Positions 36,903 through 50,110 are shown, counted from the whole stretch's first letter. The stretch: DNA of 62,152 nucleotides, filler included, from Ionaspis alba (GCA_964255285.1; 6 parts of 6 records of this genome joined end to end with filler, not necessarily neighbours in it), one strand, 5' to 3'. The notes: generated from the sequence alone by a model not told the origin. Made by a program: numbers and translations.

Positions 36903-39037
36903 ACGACGTATGCTAATGCCTCCATTTGTATTCGCTTGTTGTTACACACGACACCGGAGGCCGAGAACGCAATTGGATTAGCTTCTGCTTCGTTAAGCTG
37001 CAACTCCATATCCTGGCATATGTAAGATTAGCTTCTATTCTTTGATTTTTGACTTTTGATTTTTGTTCGGATGAAGCGTGCTCGTATCAAAGCAATCCAA
37101 CTACGGATAGTGTATGGCATCCAATCGTCCCTCGGCTATTAGGCGGATGATCAAACTCAATCACCAGGGGACTGGGCTATGAAATTGGAGGTGCCGAGGC
37201 AGCATAAGAGGTTGCGGAGTGACTCGAGGGCAAGTGACGTGGTTGTGGATATAATGCATAACGAAGTACGGCCGCATGGAATCAAGTGTGTCTCTGCCTA
37301 CTCCTTTGAGAGGCGCGAACCCAATAGAGACAGAGAAGGACAGATCCATGACTTCACGCATTATGCACCTTGTAAGAGGGATGAAGAACCACTGAGCTGG
37401 TTGATCAGGAGCATCAACCATGAAGCCACTTCTACAGTACCTACTGTAGATCTATGGCTATTTTGCTTAATCAAGAGACTCGCACCAATTGAAAAGACTC
37501 CCTGCCATCCACAACCAACTTGACAGCGTAAAAGGCTACTTAGAATGCTATCTATATCCGAAAATCAGGATCATGTGAATCCACGGGTGGTGTACGTAAA
37601 TACTTTCTGAATCTATATACTTGGATATTGCTGCCTTCAATATCGAGCTATTCTAGTAAAACTCGTGACATTCAAATTCGACCCGAATTAGACACGAACA
37701 TCGTCGGCCAGTGGCGCACCGAAGCCTCCAGCGGCCACAATTAACGAATTCTAATTAACATGAGACAGGCGCAGTCAACCACGTCTCCTTTCGGTCCCAA
37801 CAATCAAATGCAGTAGCGAGTATCATTCGGTCTTCGCAAGTGGGCTTGCAGCGGACTTGACCGCGTGTTTGTTTGCATGACTCCGGGTGCGCAGGAGTTG
37901 GCAGTGCTGTTGAATCGCCCACACTCTGGACTCCCCTCGCTGAATCCCTTACTTGGGCTTGGCAGCATGAACGATCCTGTAAGGCAAAAGCATTTCGATG
38001 AAGATGGATGGTAAGACGAGACTCCAGACTGGCGATTTTTACGATGATAAATCACAACTCGGACTTAACCTACGGTCCTGTGCTACTGGATCCGTTCTGT
38101 CCGGAAGCAAAGAGGATGATGCTGCAGCAGCCTGTGTCGTCAGCACTGGTGGTGACATTCTCCGGTGCGCTGCGACAACGGACGGCCGGGGGCTTACGGG
38201 AAAGTCCAGCAGCTAAAAGCGGACCCGCTGACGATTGGCCGGAGCGGTGATTGTGGGATGTGGGATTGGCAGAATGGCACCTAAGTCCGGTATGTTTAGG
38301 GGGGTCTCGACGGGGGGGAGGGGTGCACGCAGATGAAAATTCTGTGCCTGTGCCTGTACTGCGATTGGACTCGCTTGGGTGACCGGGTTGGGGAGGTGCA
38401 AGTCAACCGCTTGACTGCGACCAACTACGCACGCGGTGACTAAAAACTGCTGGTTGCCCTCGGCCACAGCCTGAACCCCATCCATCAATCATCGCTGTCC
38501 CAAATCTCTGCTCGGTCATCCACCAATACCACCACCACCACCACAACCACCGCCCTTTTTCCTTTTCCATCCCATCTTCCCCCCTTCCATCATCGTCACC
38601 ATCATCACCACCATCCTCTCTCCCCTCTCAGCTCAATCTCCCCATCTTGTGAGCAGAACATATCCACTGTCTTACTCGCATACTACTCTCCCTCTCTTCT
38701 CCCCTTCCTTCACCGACTCCTTTAGGCCGCCGCAATTTCCCGCAAAGACAAATCACCTCGGGTAGGGAGTCGTGTCCGCAGGGTTGTGACCGTTCCTAGC
38801 GACTGTTGCAACGCCTTCACCCTTCCCGAGCTTTCAGGTGTCAGACTCATCATTCCAAGATCATCCACTCCCAGTCAAAGCATACGTGGATTCTTGCCAC
38901 TTTCTCTAGGCATCAGAAAGTCGCTCTCCTCGCATCGACCTATTTGCCGGCCCTCGACCCCTTGGCGTTTTGTTGGTCCTCTCAATACCGTTTGGTGCCA
39001 ACAACATCGCCTCTCTCAACACTGGACTATCCACCTC

Positions 39038-39055
39038 ATGGCTTCGCTCTCATAG
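39038..39055 (+). promoter_or_regulatory. Minimal uORF (MASLS*) in the long leader of the cyclin gene
   Basis: ATGGCTTCGCTCTCATAG. Only ATG found between 38521 and 39480. Confidence 0.5.
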
Positions 39056-39617
39056 AGTCTTGGTCAGGTCGACAACTACACAGTCACTCCTTACACGTTC
39101 ATCGCAATCACATCGCACCGTTGGAACGACACGAGGTCTAACGAGCTTTTCACTAAGACTTGTGTGAACTTTCGCAGTTCCTTCACGCAGCATCACCTTC
39201 CACTGTCCGGTCAGCCGTCTGCATCTTTCCGACTCACGACCAGCTACTGCAATAATTTGAGCACTCATCTTTCGCCTTCTTGTCTCTTTTCTTAGGAGCG
39301 TCTTGTTTTACTTTCACGAATCTTTGTTCTCGCAGCGTAACGATATTTTCTTCGATACGAATCCAGATTTGTACGACACGACTCTACAACACAACAATTC
39401 TTCTCGACCCAACCAGAACCATCCGCTTCGACACTCTACCTAAGTAAAGCCAGGTCAAACGCTCTCGAGATAGCGAGAAGCAGTAGGTATGTCGCATCCA
39501 GCCACTGCTCTCTGCACTCCCAACATCATCACACCACATGAGTTGACAGGACTAACATCTCTCTGCATCAGCTCATACGCTTCTTGCCTATCTCTAGGTT
39601 CCATTCAATTATCGAAG

Positions 39618-41075
39618 ATGCCTTCCTTCTATCCTAACGCCATATCTCGGCAGCTTCCGCTGACTCCACCTGAGTACTACGGACAATTCTCCAACGGCTC
39701 TGTCGCACCCGTACCGCTGCCAGTGACCAGCAACTATAGTGTCGCTGGTATCGACAATCGTTATGGGGCTGATAGAAATGACAAATATGGGTATCCCAAG
39801 CAGGTTACACATCCGCCAACTGTCCCGAGCATGCGTGTACCTACCATGAAGGAACATGACCGTCACTCGGTTTCAAGTTTCATGACTCGTCCTCATCACG
39901 AGGGTGCTTACGGACAAGGAGCAGCAACAACACTACCACCTCTTCGTATCCCAGAGCGTACCACGGAAACAGCCCACACACTGTACCAGAACCAGAGGGT
40001 GATCCGTCCCCCGGTGCAAACTCAACCAAAGGAGGAGAAAGCTTGTGGCGGAGTCGCATCACACCTTGACTACGAGTTGGAGCAGATGATTGATTTTGTG
40101 TCCGAGATGGCACAAGGGATGTATGGCTTCCTTCAATCCACCATCTGCATTGCAGACATTGACCTGTCGCAAAGTGTCCTACCAAAGACCACAGTCTCTG
40201 CCAGCTTCCGTAATTACGTCCAGGGCATTCTCAACTCGACCCGACTTCCGAGCTCAACTATCCTGCTGGGACTACATTATCTGGCAGAGCGTATGAGCAT
40301 GCTATCGGCAAGAGGCGTATACACCTCGAGCACCGGTCACCTGTACCACATGCTCACCACTGCACTTATGCTTGGCTCCAAGTTCTTGGACGATAACACG
40401 TTCCAGAATCGGTCTTGGGCTGAAGTCAGCAAGGTCCCAGTCAAAGAGCTCAATACTCTCGAATTGGAGTGGCTGCTGGACATCAAGTGGAACCTCCACA
40501 TCGACCTGTCCGATCCCAAAGGCTTCTCAGCATGGTTCCAGCGCTGGAATATGTGGCAGACGAAGAAGGTTGAGAGCACTCTGGATTCTCTCAAACTGAC
40601 TCCCTTGGATGGGACCATCAGACGGCAGCGTTCGCTCAACAAGCAGCTTCCACCCACACCGCTTTACACGCCACCCTACTCCGACTTTGCCTCCGGGCTC
40701 AGAGACCATGCTCAGAGCTACTGGCAGACTTCTCGTCAAGGCGACTGGCCATCGTACCACTCCGGCCGTGACGATCGGTCGCCTCCATCAGCACCTACGA
40801 CCGGGCCTACGACGCCTGATTGGTACGGCAGGCCAGTATCGGGATATGATCCATCGAGATACTACATTGGTCAAGTACCCAAGTCGCAGATCACTCTGTC
40901 AACCTCTATGGCTCCGACCTTCCCAAACCACTACGGTTCACTAGGTTGCGCTCCGCAATGGAACCCTTACTCCTACGACGGACATGGGATGGGATGTAGC
41001 TGTGGCTACTGCATCTCCCACAATGATCGGTACTCCATGTCTCATGGCTACAGAGTCCAGACTGTTGCTGGATGA
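39618..41075 (+). CDS. CLG1: Pho85-type cyclin, Clg1/Mug80-like; 5'UTR intron ~39487-39571
   Basis: LPLTPPEY, GGVASHLDYELEQMIDFVSEMA, and cyclin box FRNYVQGILNSTRLPSSTILLGLHYL...ALMLGSKFLDDNTFQNRSWAEVS...ELNTLELEWL. Confidence 0.85.
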   Translation: MPSFYPNAISRQLPLTPPEYYGQFSNGSVAPVPLPVTSNYSVAGIDNRYGADRNDKYGYPKQVTHPPTVPSMRVPTMKEHDRHSVSSFMTRPHHEGAYGQGAATTLPPLRIPERTTETAHTLYQNQRVIRPPVQTQPKEEKACGGVASHLDYELEQMIDFVSEMAQGMYGFLQSTICIADIDLSQSVLPKTTVSASFRNYVQGILNSTRLPSSTILLGLHYLAERMSMLSARGVYTSSTGHLYHMLTTALMLGSKFLDDNTFQNRSWAEVSKVPVKELNTLELEWLLDIKWNLHIDLSDPKGFSAWFQRWNMWQTKKVESTLDSLKLTPLDGTIRRQRSLNKQLPPTPLYTPPYSDFASGLRDHAQSYWQTSRQGDWPSYHSGRDDRSPPSAPTTGPTTPDWYGRPVSGYDPSRYYIGQVPKSQITLSTSMAPTFPNHYGSLGCAPQWNPYSYDGHGMGCSCGYCISHNDRYSMSHGYRVQTVAG

Positions 41076-41468
41076 GCAAGCTGCGCATCTGAGTATCAGC
41101 AGGATGGGCTTAGTTCTTAATTTGGTCACGCTTTGCAATAATACTGCTCGATTGGAGACACTTCTAATCTCAACAACACATCGGCTCCGCATCTCCGAGC
41201 GCTCGCCCACGACCATTTGCATCTAGATGGCTGTTCTACTTCCGGGATTCAACTCAAAAAAGCTTTCACTTTCCAAACACCGGAGCATGCTCTTTCGTGA
41301 TCGTACATACCTCTGGTTTTTCGAAATCGATTTTCCTGCGTTTAAAATTCATTCTTGTTCTAGCGAAAGGCGTCGGGCGTTCTGCATGCAACTTTGTGTT
41401 TTTTTTCTTCTCTGTTACCTTCGACTTTGATGACGACCCAAAATACCCTTCTTGTCTATACTTGCACC

Positions 41469-41568
41469 NNNNNNNNNNNNNNNNNNNNNNNNNNNNNNNN
41501 NNNNNNNNNNNNTTAATTAATTAANNNNNNNNNNNNNNNNNNNNNNNNNNNNNNNNNNNNNNNNNNNN
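41469..41568. other. Artificial contig spacer
   Basis: 44N-TTAATTAATTAA-44N. Confidence 0.98.
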
Positions 41569-43181
41569 CCACCACCACCGCCTCCTCCTCCTCCGCCGGG
41601 AATGTGGATTCCAGGGACAGAAATAAAAGTGACTTTCGGTAGGCCGCCATTGATTCCTGGCAACGTGGAGAGCACACCCGATTCTACATGACCCGAGATG
41701 GTGGTTATGATACCTTGACCAACAATTGTATGACCAGAGACCGTAGCGGTAACAATTGGAGGCGCCTTGGTTGAGCCGCTATGTTTTGGCGTAGGTGTCG
41801 GAGTGTTCTTGAGCTTTGTAGTAGCATGTGATTGGGCATGTGATTTGGACGCTGTGTCTGTAGGTTTCCCCTTATGTGAGGTGTGTGTAGGATTCGCTTC
41901 CCCAGTCTTAGTGTGGAGATCTTTAGACTTTGTGTTCTTCTTGCTGTGACTGAGAGTTGCAGAGGATTTCTCTCCTGACCGTGATGCTGTAGGCTTGGTC
42001 TTATGCGTCGTATGTGTTGAGCTTTTGGCCTTGGTCTTGATATGTGAAGTCTGCGATTTCGAATGTTTCCCTGTATGGATTGGTGCCACCGGATCTTTGG
42101 TTCCAGTCGTTGATGCCGTAGCTTTGGTGTGGTGTGATGTGCTCGATTTAACCACACCCTTCGTCCTTGTAAGTGGCTTTTGTGTTTTAGTCGATTGTGT
42201 GTGAGCGTTCGAGGCTTTCGACGACTTCTTGCCTGTGTGTGATGCCGTTGGTGACGCTTTGTGTGATGTATGGGAAGTCGTCCCGGTATGTGAATCTTGC
42301 GATTTTGAAGAGTGTGTGCTGGCCTTCGGTGCTCTTGACGACTCCTTCCCTGTTTTTGATGCCTTGGATCTCGGTTTAGAAGTCGTATGAGAGGGAACCA
42401 CTCCTTTCGTCTTCGTATGTGGCTTTTGCGTCTCCGACGGTTTATGTGTCCGTGCGGTGGACGTTGCTGACGACTTCCTTCCAATTTTGGAGGTCGTGTG
42501 TTTTGCATTGTGTGATGTCTGTACCGGGCCATCACCCTTGGTTTTGGTGAGTGACTTGGTTGCTTTGGATCGGTGGCTCGATGATCTAGGATGCGCTGCC
42601 GAAGTCTTGCGTGTCTTTGAAGCCGCAGCACTAGTTTTCTTAGCAGTTGGTGGTACGGTTACAGGGGCAGCGCCGGAGCGCTCAGGCAGGATCATCGTGA
42701 CTGGCTTGCCCTGACTGTCGACCGATAAGGCTTTCTTGCCGACTACTTTTGACCCAGCAATCGTTGTCGTCATCACCGGCGGTTTCTCATGATTAGTCTC
42801 CAAATTGTTAGCGTTATTGAGAGGAGACTACTGCCACAGAACACTTACCTCCACAATAATCAAAACCATTGTGTGTTTATTTGCTGGCGTCACGGTTGTG
42901 AGAAGGCCAGTCACTCTGGTCCCCCCGATATCCGTTGTTACAGTTTTCTCATCATGATGTGCCACACTCTTCGGAGGCGCAACCGCTTTCTGTTTTGGGC
43001 CAGACTTCTGAGGCGCTTGTTTTGGACCTTGTTTTGGTGCCTGCTGGACATGCTTTGGTGTGGCTTTCGCACTTGCTTTAGAAGCGCCATTCGCGGATGC
43101 TCTAGGTACCAGACCATTGATACCCTGCAATAGGGCAAGAAGGGCAAGAAAGAGATAGAATAACCTCTGTGTGGGAAGCAT
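41569..43181 (-). CDS. Secreted Lys/His/Ser/Thr-rich repetitive protein, 3'-truncated at the spacer; intron donor at 42848
   Basis: Signal peptide MLPTQRLFYLFLALLALLQGING. GTAAGT donor and GCTAAC branch. Exon 2 is open for >400 codons to the contig edge. Confidence 0.75.
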
Positions 43182-44453
43182 GATGACTTGATATGATCTT
43201 ATTTTTGTATGAGCATAGTTTTAGGAACGAGAGGAGAATAGAGTATAGGTAAACATTCGTATAGGGAATATGACATATCAATCCAGCCAGGGAGTCTAGA
43301 GCAGCATTCATATCTCTTATAGGGCATGCCATTTCGACGTTCAGGAGAACCAACGAACAAATCAACAAACTCTAGATATTGTCAAAAAAGAAACATTTTT
43401 GAAGGATCGGGCTGAGCATCACAAGTTTCATCATACACCAGCATCTTGCCCATTATCTGATGAAGAGCGTTGCAAGTAAAGATTAATAGACAGCAAGCCA
43501 TATACTAGCTTTGCCGTACAATAGCGGCGACAACTGCTGTTGGCTGCAGGACGCAATCCTCCCCATACTTAATCCTCTCCGTACTTGTTGGTAAAGTCTA
43601 TACAATCTGATAGTGGCAGACGGGATGTCATTGATCCGGCTTAACCAAAGTATGCAGCAGAACAAACAGACCACCAACTCAACGTTATTGCATACATCAG
43701 TTCGCCGAAGTCCTGGAAAGCCGGCAGGGGTCACCAATGTAACGTATGGGCGGAGCTCCTTGAAGTTAAGATTACACTAGAGTAATGCTTCAGGCAATGC
43801 TCTGAGCTCTCAGAGGTAGTGTAGCCGTTGAGTCGATGTCGCATGTGTACAAAGGTTTTCTGTGGGTTGGAGATGGCCATGGTGTATGCGTCGTGTAGAA
43901 GATGATTGAGGGATTATTGAGGAGCCGAGTTCCTGCCGCACATCCTTGCAGGAGACAAGCTGCAGCGGGAAGAACTGGCATTTGACGCAATTCCGGGAAC
44001 AGCGAAAGACTGTTTCTTTTTCGTGCGTTGAGAAAGTGCTGTTGTACGATCATTTCTCCATTTCGACCGAAGCTACTCGCCATCGATACAGTGCAGCCAT
44101 GCATTAGCGCGGTCAAATAGATACCAAATGGCCACTTCACACACGTTCAGCCTCTACTAGCGCGTTAGCAGGGTATCTATACTGTGCCGTACATGTTGTC
44201 TGCAGACCAGGGAAACAGCCCCCTTACAACAAGTATCACCGCAATCCTTCCAATGTTGTGCATTGAGCTTGACCATGGAGAATGGCGATGCTCAGAAATG
44301 ACAATCTTGAGGAACTTATGACCGATGTTATGGTCATGGAAACCCACACCATCGTGTACGGTGTTGGATTCTCAGTCGAGAAGGTAAGATAAAAGAGAGC
44401 CTGTAGCCGGATATCCGTTGGCAAATCTCAAGATCGGGCACGAATCACACATC

Positions 44454-45669
44454 ATGGCGTTCTTACAAAGCTTTTTTGCTCTTTGCCTCGTTTCCATTTT
44501 CTCTCGTACTATTGTTCTCGCGTTCCCTGCAAGCAATGAAGCACTCGGTAGCATGAACATTGCCGAATCGTTCGGAAACAAGGCGCTACCCTTTCTCTTT
44601 CGTCGTCAAGGAGGCGGTTGTGTACCTACAAACGACTGCTCCTGTACTGGTGGAGGTGCAGAATGTGACCTCAACATGAGCTGGCTGCAAGGTCTAGACG
44701 CATCAGGCACCGGAAAAGCTACCAAGACGACTTCTCCTAAGACCAAAGGAACTCAAAAGAGTTCGGCTACTCACAAATCTCAGAAGAGCTCTGCCGCCCA
44801 TAAGACTACTTCTTATCACGGAAAATCGCCGTCAAAGACGATCTCTCCAAAGACTTCTAAGGCTCCACAAAGTCACAAGACAACGAAACCGACCAAGACG
44901 TCTGGTGCCAACAAGCATACCACCGCTGCTGCCTCTGACCCGTTGTGTATTCCAGGGTAAGACAAGTCCCTGCAGTTCGATTCACTCTAATAGAGCTATG
45001 GAGGCTTACATATGCTAATACAGTCAAAACAACGGCGATGTCTTCGACGGCAACTGCCCAGGGAGTAAAGGCACGTACTGCGTATGCTCATCTGGTAAAG
45101 ACTATATCACCGTGCCGGCGGCTACGGGATCGAACGTTTGTCCCTATACCGCAATTCCTAAACAGCGATACACACCAGGTGTATGCCCCCCTCCACCAAC
45201 GCCAACCAAAGCTCCGCCCAAGTCTTCATCTCCGGCCCCGTCAAGTACACCACTTTCCTTACGTGTCATCGAAATCGTCTATAACAACTACTTGATGTCG
45301 AGCGGGCGTGGGCCTGCTCTGTCAAACCATGTCTGGAAAGCATGGGACATTGCCAAATCCGAGGGCTTCGATATTTGTGCCAATAACTATGTTTATCGTG
45401 GTCTCGATAACGGCGCCAAGCAGGAAAATTTGGCTCAGAATGACCAATTCCCGATCGCGATCGGTCCTTTCGACATCCAAGGTCACAAGAGTTGCAACTA
45501 CAAAGGCCCGGATCACAACACGCCCGGATCGGTCACTTGCGATGGTGGCTTTAAGATAAAATGCGCCGCTTACACGAAAGACCAGGCACAACCGCTCAGT
45601 TGTGCCACAGACATTTTCGGAGGATCCGGCGAGAATGGAGAGAGTCAGCGGTTGTATTGTAACTACTGA
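44454..45669 (+). CDS. Secreted Cys-rich protein with K/S/T-rich linker; intron 44957-45023
   Basis: Signal peptide MAFLQSFFALCLVSIFSRTIVLA, dibasic FRR|Q, 16 Cys in the mature part. GTAAGA...GCTAAT..CAG intron joins the two ORFs in frame. Confidence 0.8.
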
Positions 45670-45831
45670 TGGCGCGGTGCAAAGGCGTTTGATTATGGCG
45701 TTGGTCTTGTCTCTGCCTTTCGGATAGTGAATAGACGTGGCAGAAGTATCCATAGATGCAAAATTGTTTATCTAGATTTTGTGCTCTCCGAGCATTCTAC
45801 TGCTCACCTCTCCTCGTCATTCTGCGGGCTA

Positions 45832-47063
45832 CTAACTTCCGAGCATGCTGAGAGTGGACCGGGTGCATCCATAACAGAGTATAGAAGTCCTGGCGGGTTC
45901 ATTGTTCTCGAATTTGAGAGTATTAGAGATCTTCGCTTGATCGCCACCCCAGCCATGAATTCCCTGAGCTCCTTCCGTTACTGGTAATCCACACAATCGA
46001 CATGGTAAACTATCTTCTGCGGAAGGCAGAGCATTCAACCTACTTGAGGTCCGTACGACGTTGGCAACGATGCTCGGATAGTTCGTCTCCACGGACTCAA
46101 AGTATTGGCTCATGAGATCATCAATCGTAGTGTCTTTGGAGGATACCGAACTTTTTGGAGCCCTGGAATGCTTCGAAATCAACGATGCGAGTGGCGGGCT
46201 CGTCAAATTGGAATATAAAACAATCTCCTTCCTCAAAAGATCTCTCATAGGAAAATTGAATGATATACCATGAGGAGACGGGCCATCCGCAGTCTGCCAA
46301 GGGAGAGAATGACCCCGGCCTTTGGCCGTTTCTGCCAATGTCCTTTCTGCCAGACGTGTCGCTGAATCACCCCAAAGAATGCTCTCGCAACCATTCTCTT
46401 TGGCTAAGCCTATGATCAATCGTGTTCGAAGAACCGTGATCATGTCGGCACGGGACGAAGGTGATGGAAGGGAGGCAAGTAGCTGTTGTAAGTAGCGGGA
46501 ACCAAAATTGACTTCTGAGTCGAAACGCGCTCGTGCATCTGTGAATGGCGCTAGACCTCCATCGAGCGGATATGAGAGAAACTTAAAAACATCATCTAAT
46601 GGGGCCGTGGTAAAGGTGTATGCAGAGTACTTTTGCTTCAATCCGTCCAGGATATCCAGTGGTTCTCCCTCGCCGCCAATACTAGATTGATCGATAAACA
46701 GGACATACAGCTCATAGCCCGTGCGTTTTGTTCGCTCCAGCTGAGTTTGAAGCTGTTGATCAAGAATGTGAAGCAGGGTGATAGAGGAAGTTCCAAGCGA
46801 CAAATGAAGTAGTAGTCTTCTCGGTTGATCAGTAGAGCTACCTCGGACCTTGAAACTATCCATGCGTTTCGCCACCTTGCTTGCAACATAGTTCATAAAA
46901 CAGTCCCTTGAGTGATCGTAAGTAAGACGTTGCAGTCGGATAACAAAAGCTCCTACTTGCAAAGATCTTCAGTCCGTACAACTAGGGTAGCTGAATATAT
47001 CTGACATCGCGCACACAGTGAGTGTGGACCATCCAAGATGCCCTCCGCATGCTTGCCTGGCAT
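45832..47063 (-). CDS. NCS2: Cytoplasmic tRNA 2-thiolation protein 2 (Ctu2); intron 46907-46956
   Basis: CARC...LCKDCFMNYV, LSLGTSSITLLHIL, WGDSATRLAERTLAETAKGRG, YPSIVANVVRTSSRL, CRLC...LCYGC. Confidence 0.9.
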
Positions 47064-47393
47064 ATTTGAGTATTTTGCTTTGAATAATCCTCTAACAAGT
47101 TGATAAATACTTTCTTAAAGTATTGCCGAAAGCTCGCGAGATCGTTGGCGCTAAGGCGCGGGAGATCGACCGAGGCAGGTTTTAGAGGCGTACCCCTGTA
47201 GTTGCGACGCCGACTGCTGCGCCCAAAATATGAACGGCCTGCTCGAGTATTTCTGGCATCAGATCGGTTTTATATCACACTACTCAGTTTCCTTCTGGCT
47301 CTCTGGTCGGAAGAGTAGTCGTCCCGTTGTATGAGACAATCTCATTCTTAATCCTTCTCATAGAGACCACAGACAAGCTCCTTCGAAGCCAAA

Positions 47394-49298
47394 ATGAAGA
47401 GGTGGCTTCAAGCCATTATTGCTGCTGCTTGCCTACTTTCTACCACTGCAGCGAGCGAGCTAGAAATTGTTTGTATACCTGCGCGCGCCTTGGAATCTGG
47501 TGCTGACCGCTCCGCTAGACACAAGATGAGGCCAAACAGCAACGGTGCAATGGCATGTACAGCAAAGACTCGTGGGGAGGAAGCGTCGACCCATTCATCC
47601 TCACCAAGTTCGACAACTCGTCATATAAGGGGGATAAGGACGCGATCATAAGCTTCGTGATATTCGAGTGGCGCGATGAGGGCCTTATAGGCGTTCCTTC
47701 CAAGAATCCGGAGGATCTTCTGGTATGAGAGGACCAAGTTAACTGCCGGAGAAGCTTACTAACCTTTGGAACGATAGAAAGAGAGGATATGTTATGATGA
47801 GAACGTGAAAGCTGGACTATGCGACAAGAAACAGCTTGGCGAATTCATCCTGCAGACCAATGCATCAGACATCTCGAAGAATCCGATCATCACACAAGCT
47901 GTCAATCTGAAGGACCTGAAGCCTATCAATTACCTTGTCAAGAACACGGGATACTATTGCGTTTGGACACATGGCTTCTCGGCGGAAGAATACCGAGCGA
48001 TTGTGACGTTCAGAAATGCCTATGGAGAGCTACCCGCTGCTCAAATCGCCAAGCTTCCATTCTATGGTGGCTTGACGATAGTGTATGCAGTAATAGGAGC
48101 GTGAGTCCCAGATCTGCGATCTAAACTCTGCAGCATACTGATCATTCTAGATTCTGGGCCTTCTTATATGTACAAAACCGGCATGATATTCGTGAGCGCA
48201 TGTGACAATCGACGAAGATGCTTGGCTGACTGGAATAGTGCCGGTACAAAATTATATCACGGCAATCCTGGTTTTCTTGATCATTGAGCAAATCATGACG
48301 TGGGGTTTCTACGGTATGTCCTCCTGTTGTCCGCTCGCTAGTCGCTGTCTGACGGATCCCTAGACTATCAAAACCGACATGGCAACAACGTGGCCAATAA
48401 AGCCCTCATGATAATCACAGCAATCCTCAACGCCGGGCGCAACTCCTTCTCATTCTTCCTCCTTTTGATAGTGTGCATGGGCTACGGCGTGGTAAAAGAT
48501 AGCCTCGGGAAGACCATGACCTATGTCCGCATCCTCGCATGCACTCATTTCCTATTCGGTGTGGTGTATGGTGTAGCAAGCTTGGCAATCACGCCAGATA
48601 GTGCTGGACCGTTGGTGCTGTTGGTTATTATGCCTCTAGCTGCCACGCTCACAGCATTTTATGTCTGGACCCTCAACTCCTTGGGCCGCACAATGAAGGA
48701 CCTGCTCGATAGAAAGCAGAACGTCAAGGCAATGATGTACAAGAAGTTGTGGTGGTGCATCTTGGGCAGTATCATGGTCATCTTCGCCTTCTTCTTCTTC
48801 AACTCCTTCACCTTCGCGGAGAGGAGTTCTCCGGGATTTGTACCGAATCACTGGAAGACTCGTTGGTTCATCTTGGATGGATGGTTGAACCTGGTCTATC
48901 TATTTGATATCAGCTTCGTTGCTTATCTTTGGAGACCAACTGTCAATAACAGGAGGTTCGCGATGAGTGACGAGGTAAGTCCATGGTTCCCGCTTTATAA
49001 AGCCTACTTTTGACTCAGTGATCAGCTCGCACAAGACGACGAAGGCTTCGAGATTGCGTCCTTCGGTGGATCAGACGAGGAAGACGGTCGCTCCCCCAAA
49101 GAACGTCGTACTCCTAGTGGCGGAGACGGTGCACTGTCGCCGGTCCCTCCGAAACCGGTCAACGAGAGGCACGATAGGCACTCTCTGGACGGAGAGACCA
49201 TATTCGCGGTAGGCGAAGATGGTGATAAGTGGTCAGATGACGAGGACTCGCCAAGGGACTCGCAAGAACGAACGAAGTTGACCGGAAAGAATCTCTAA
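47394..49298 (+). CDS. PTM1: Ptm1/GPR107-type (GOST/Lung-7TM) membrane protein, multi-exon
   Basis: Signal peptide, CNGMYSKDSWGGSVDPFI, FRNAYGELPAAQIAKLPFYG, PVQNYITA, AGRNSFSFFLLLIVCMGYGVVK, WRPTVNNRRFAMSDE|LAQDDEGFE. Confidence 0.9.
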
Positions 49299-50110
49299 TG
49301 TTTTTCATCTGGTAGTGGGAGTGAAGAGAGTTCTTGTGGGCTTCGTCTGTAGGATACCATGCATAGCAAGGCGTTGAATTTGTGGCAATGTACAATCTTT
49401 CCTTCGATTCAAAACTCACGGATATTGAGGATACTACTCGTTTTCGTAACTTGCAGACTGTGGGAAGAGGAACGCCATGGTGATATCTAGCACTGCTTTG
49501 CAGGTTTCGTGCGTGGTGCTCCAGTCTGCCAAGTCCTCAGAACCCAAGCCCTAATCCCTAAAAACTTGACCATAGACTCTCGAACTTCTTTCCTCGACCA
49601 AGCTTGGGCGGTCTAACCGGTGGATTTAGGTCAAAGAGCTTTACGATCAACAGTCACGAGTCCCCTGTTCGATCTTCCACGCCATCGCGAAATATGTCCT
49701 CCTCCGTATACGAGTCCGAACACAAAACCTCGAAATAAAAGGACGTGTAAACAATACCTCTTCAAAAGAGTGGAATTCATAGAACATCCTAGGGTTGTTC
49801 GAACTTTGACTTCCGAGATCTTCTGGATCTGGTTTTGGCTTTTGGTGGTGTTAGAAATTCTTCTCGGATTTCTTCTCACGACACTATTGAAGCGACGTAG
49901 TATGAAGCACCACAGAACGAGTTAATAATAACAATAACTGAGAGAACAACGGTATCTCGCAACGCTCTCAACCGTCAGTCTATAGTGTCTCTTTAGGCAT
50001 GGAGCATTACGACACTCAGAGTTGAGCAACGGAATCGACGTTTCACTCAACTTCAGTGTCTTTGTCCTTCTATTCGTCCCGCTCAAGCTCTATTTGTTTC
50101 TTCTGCACTC

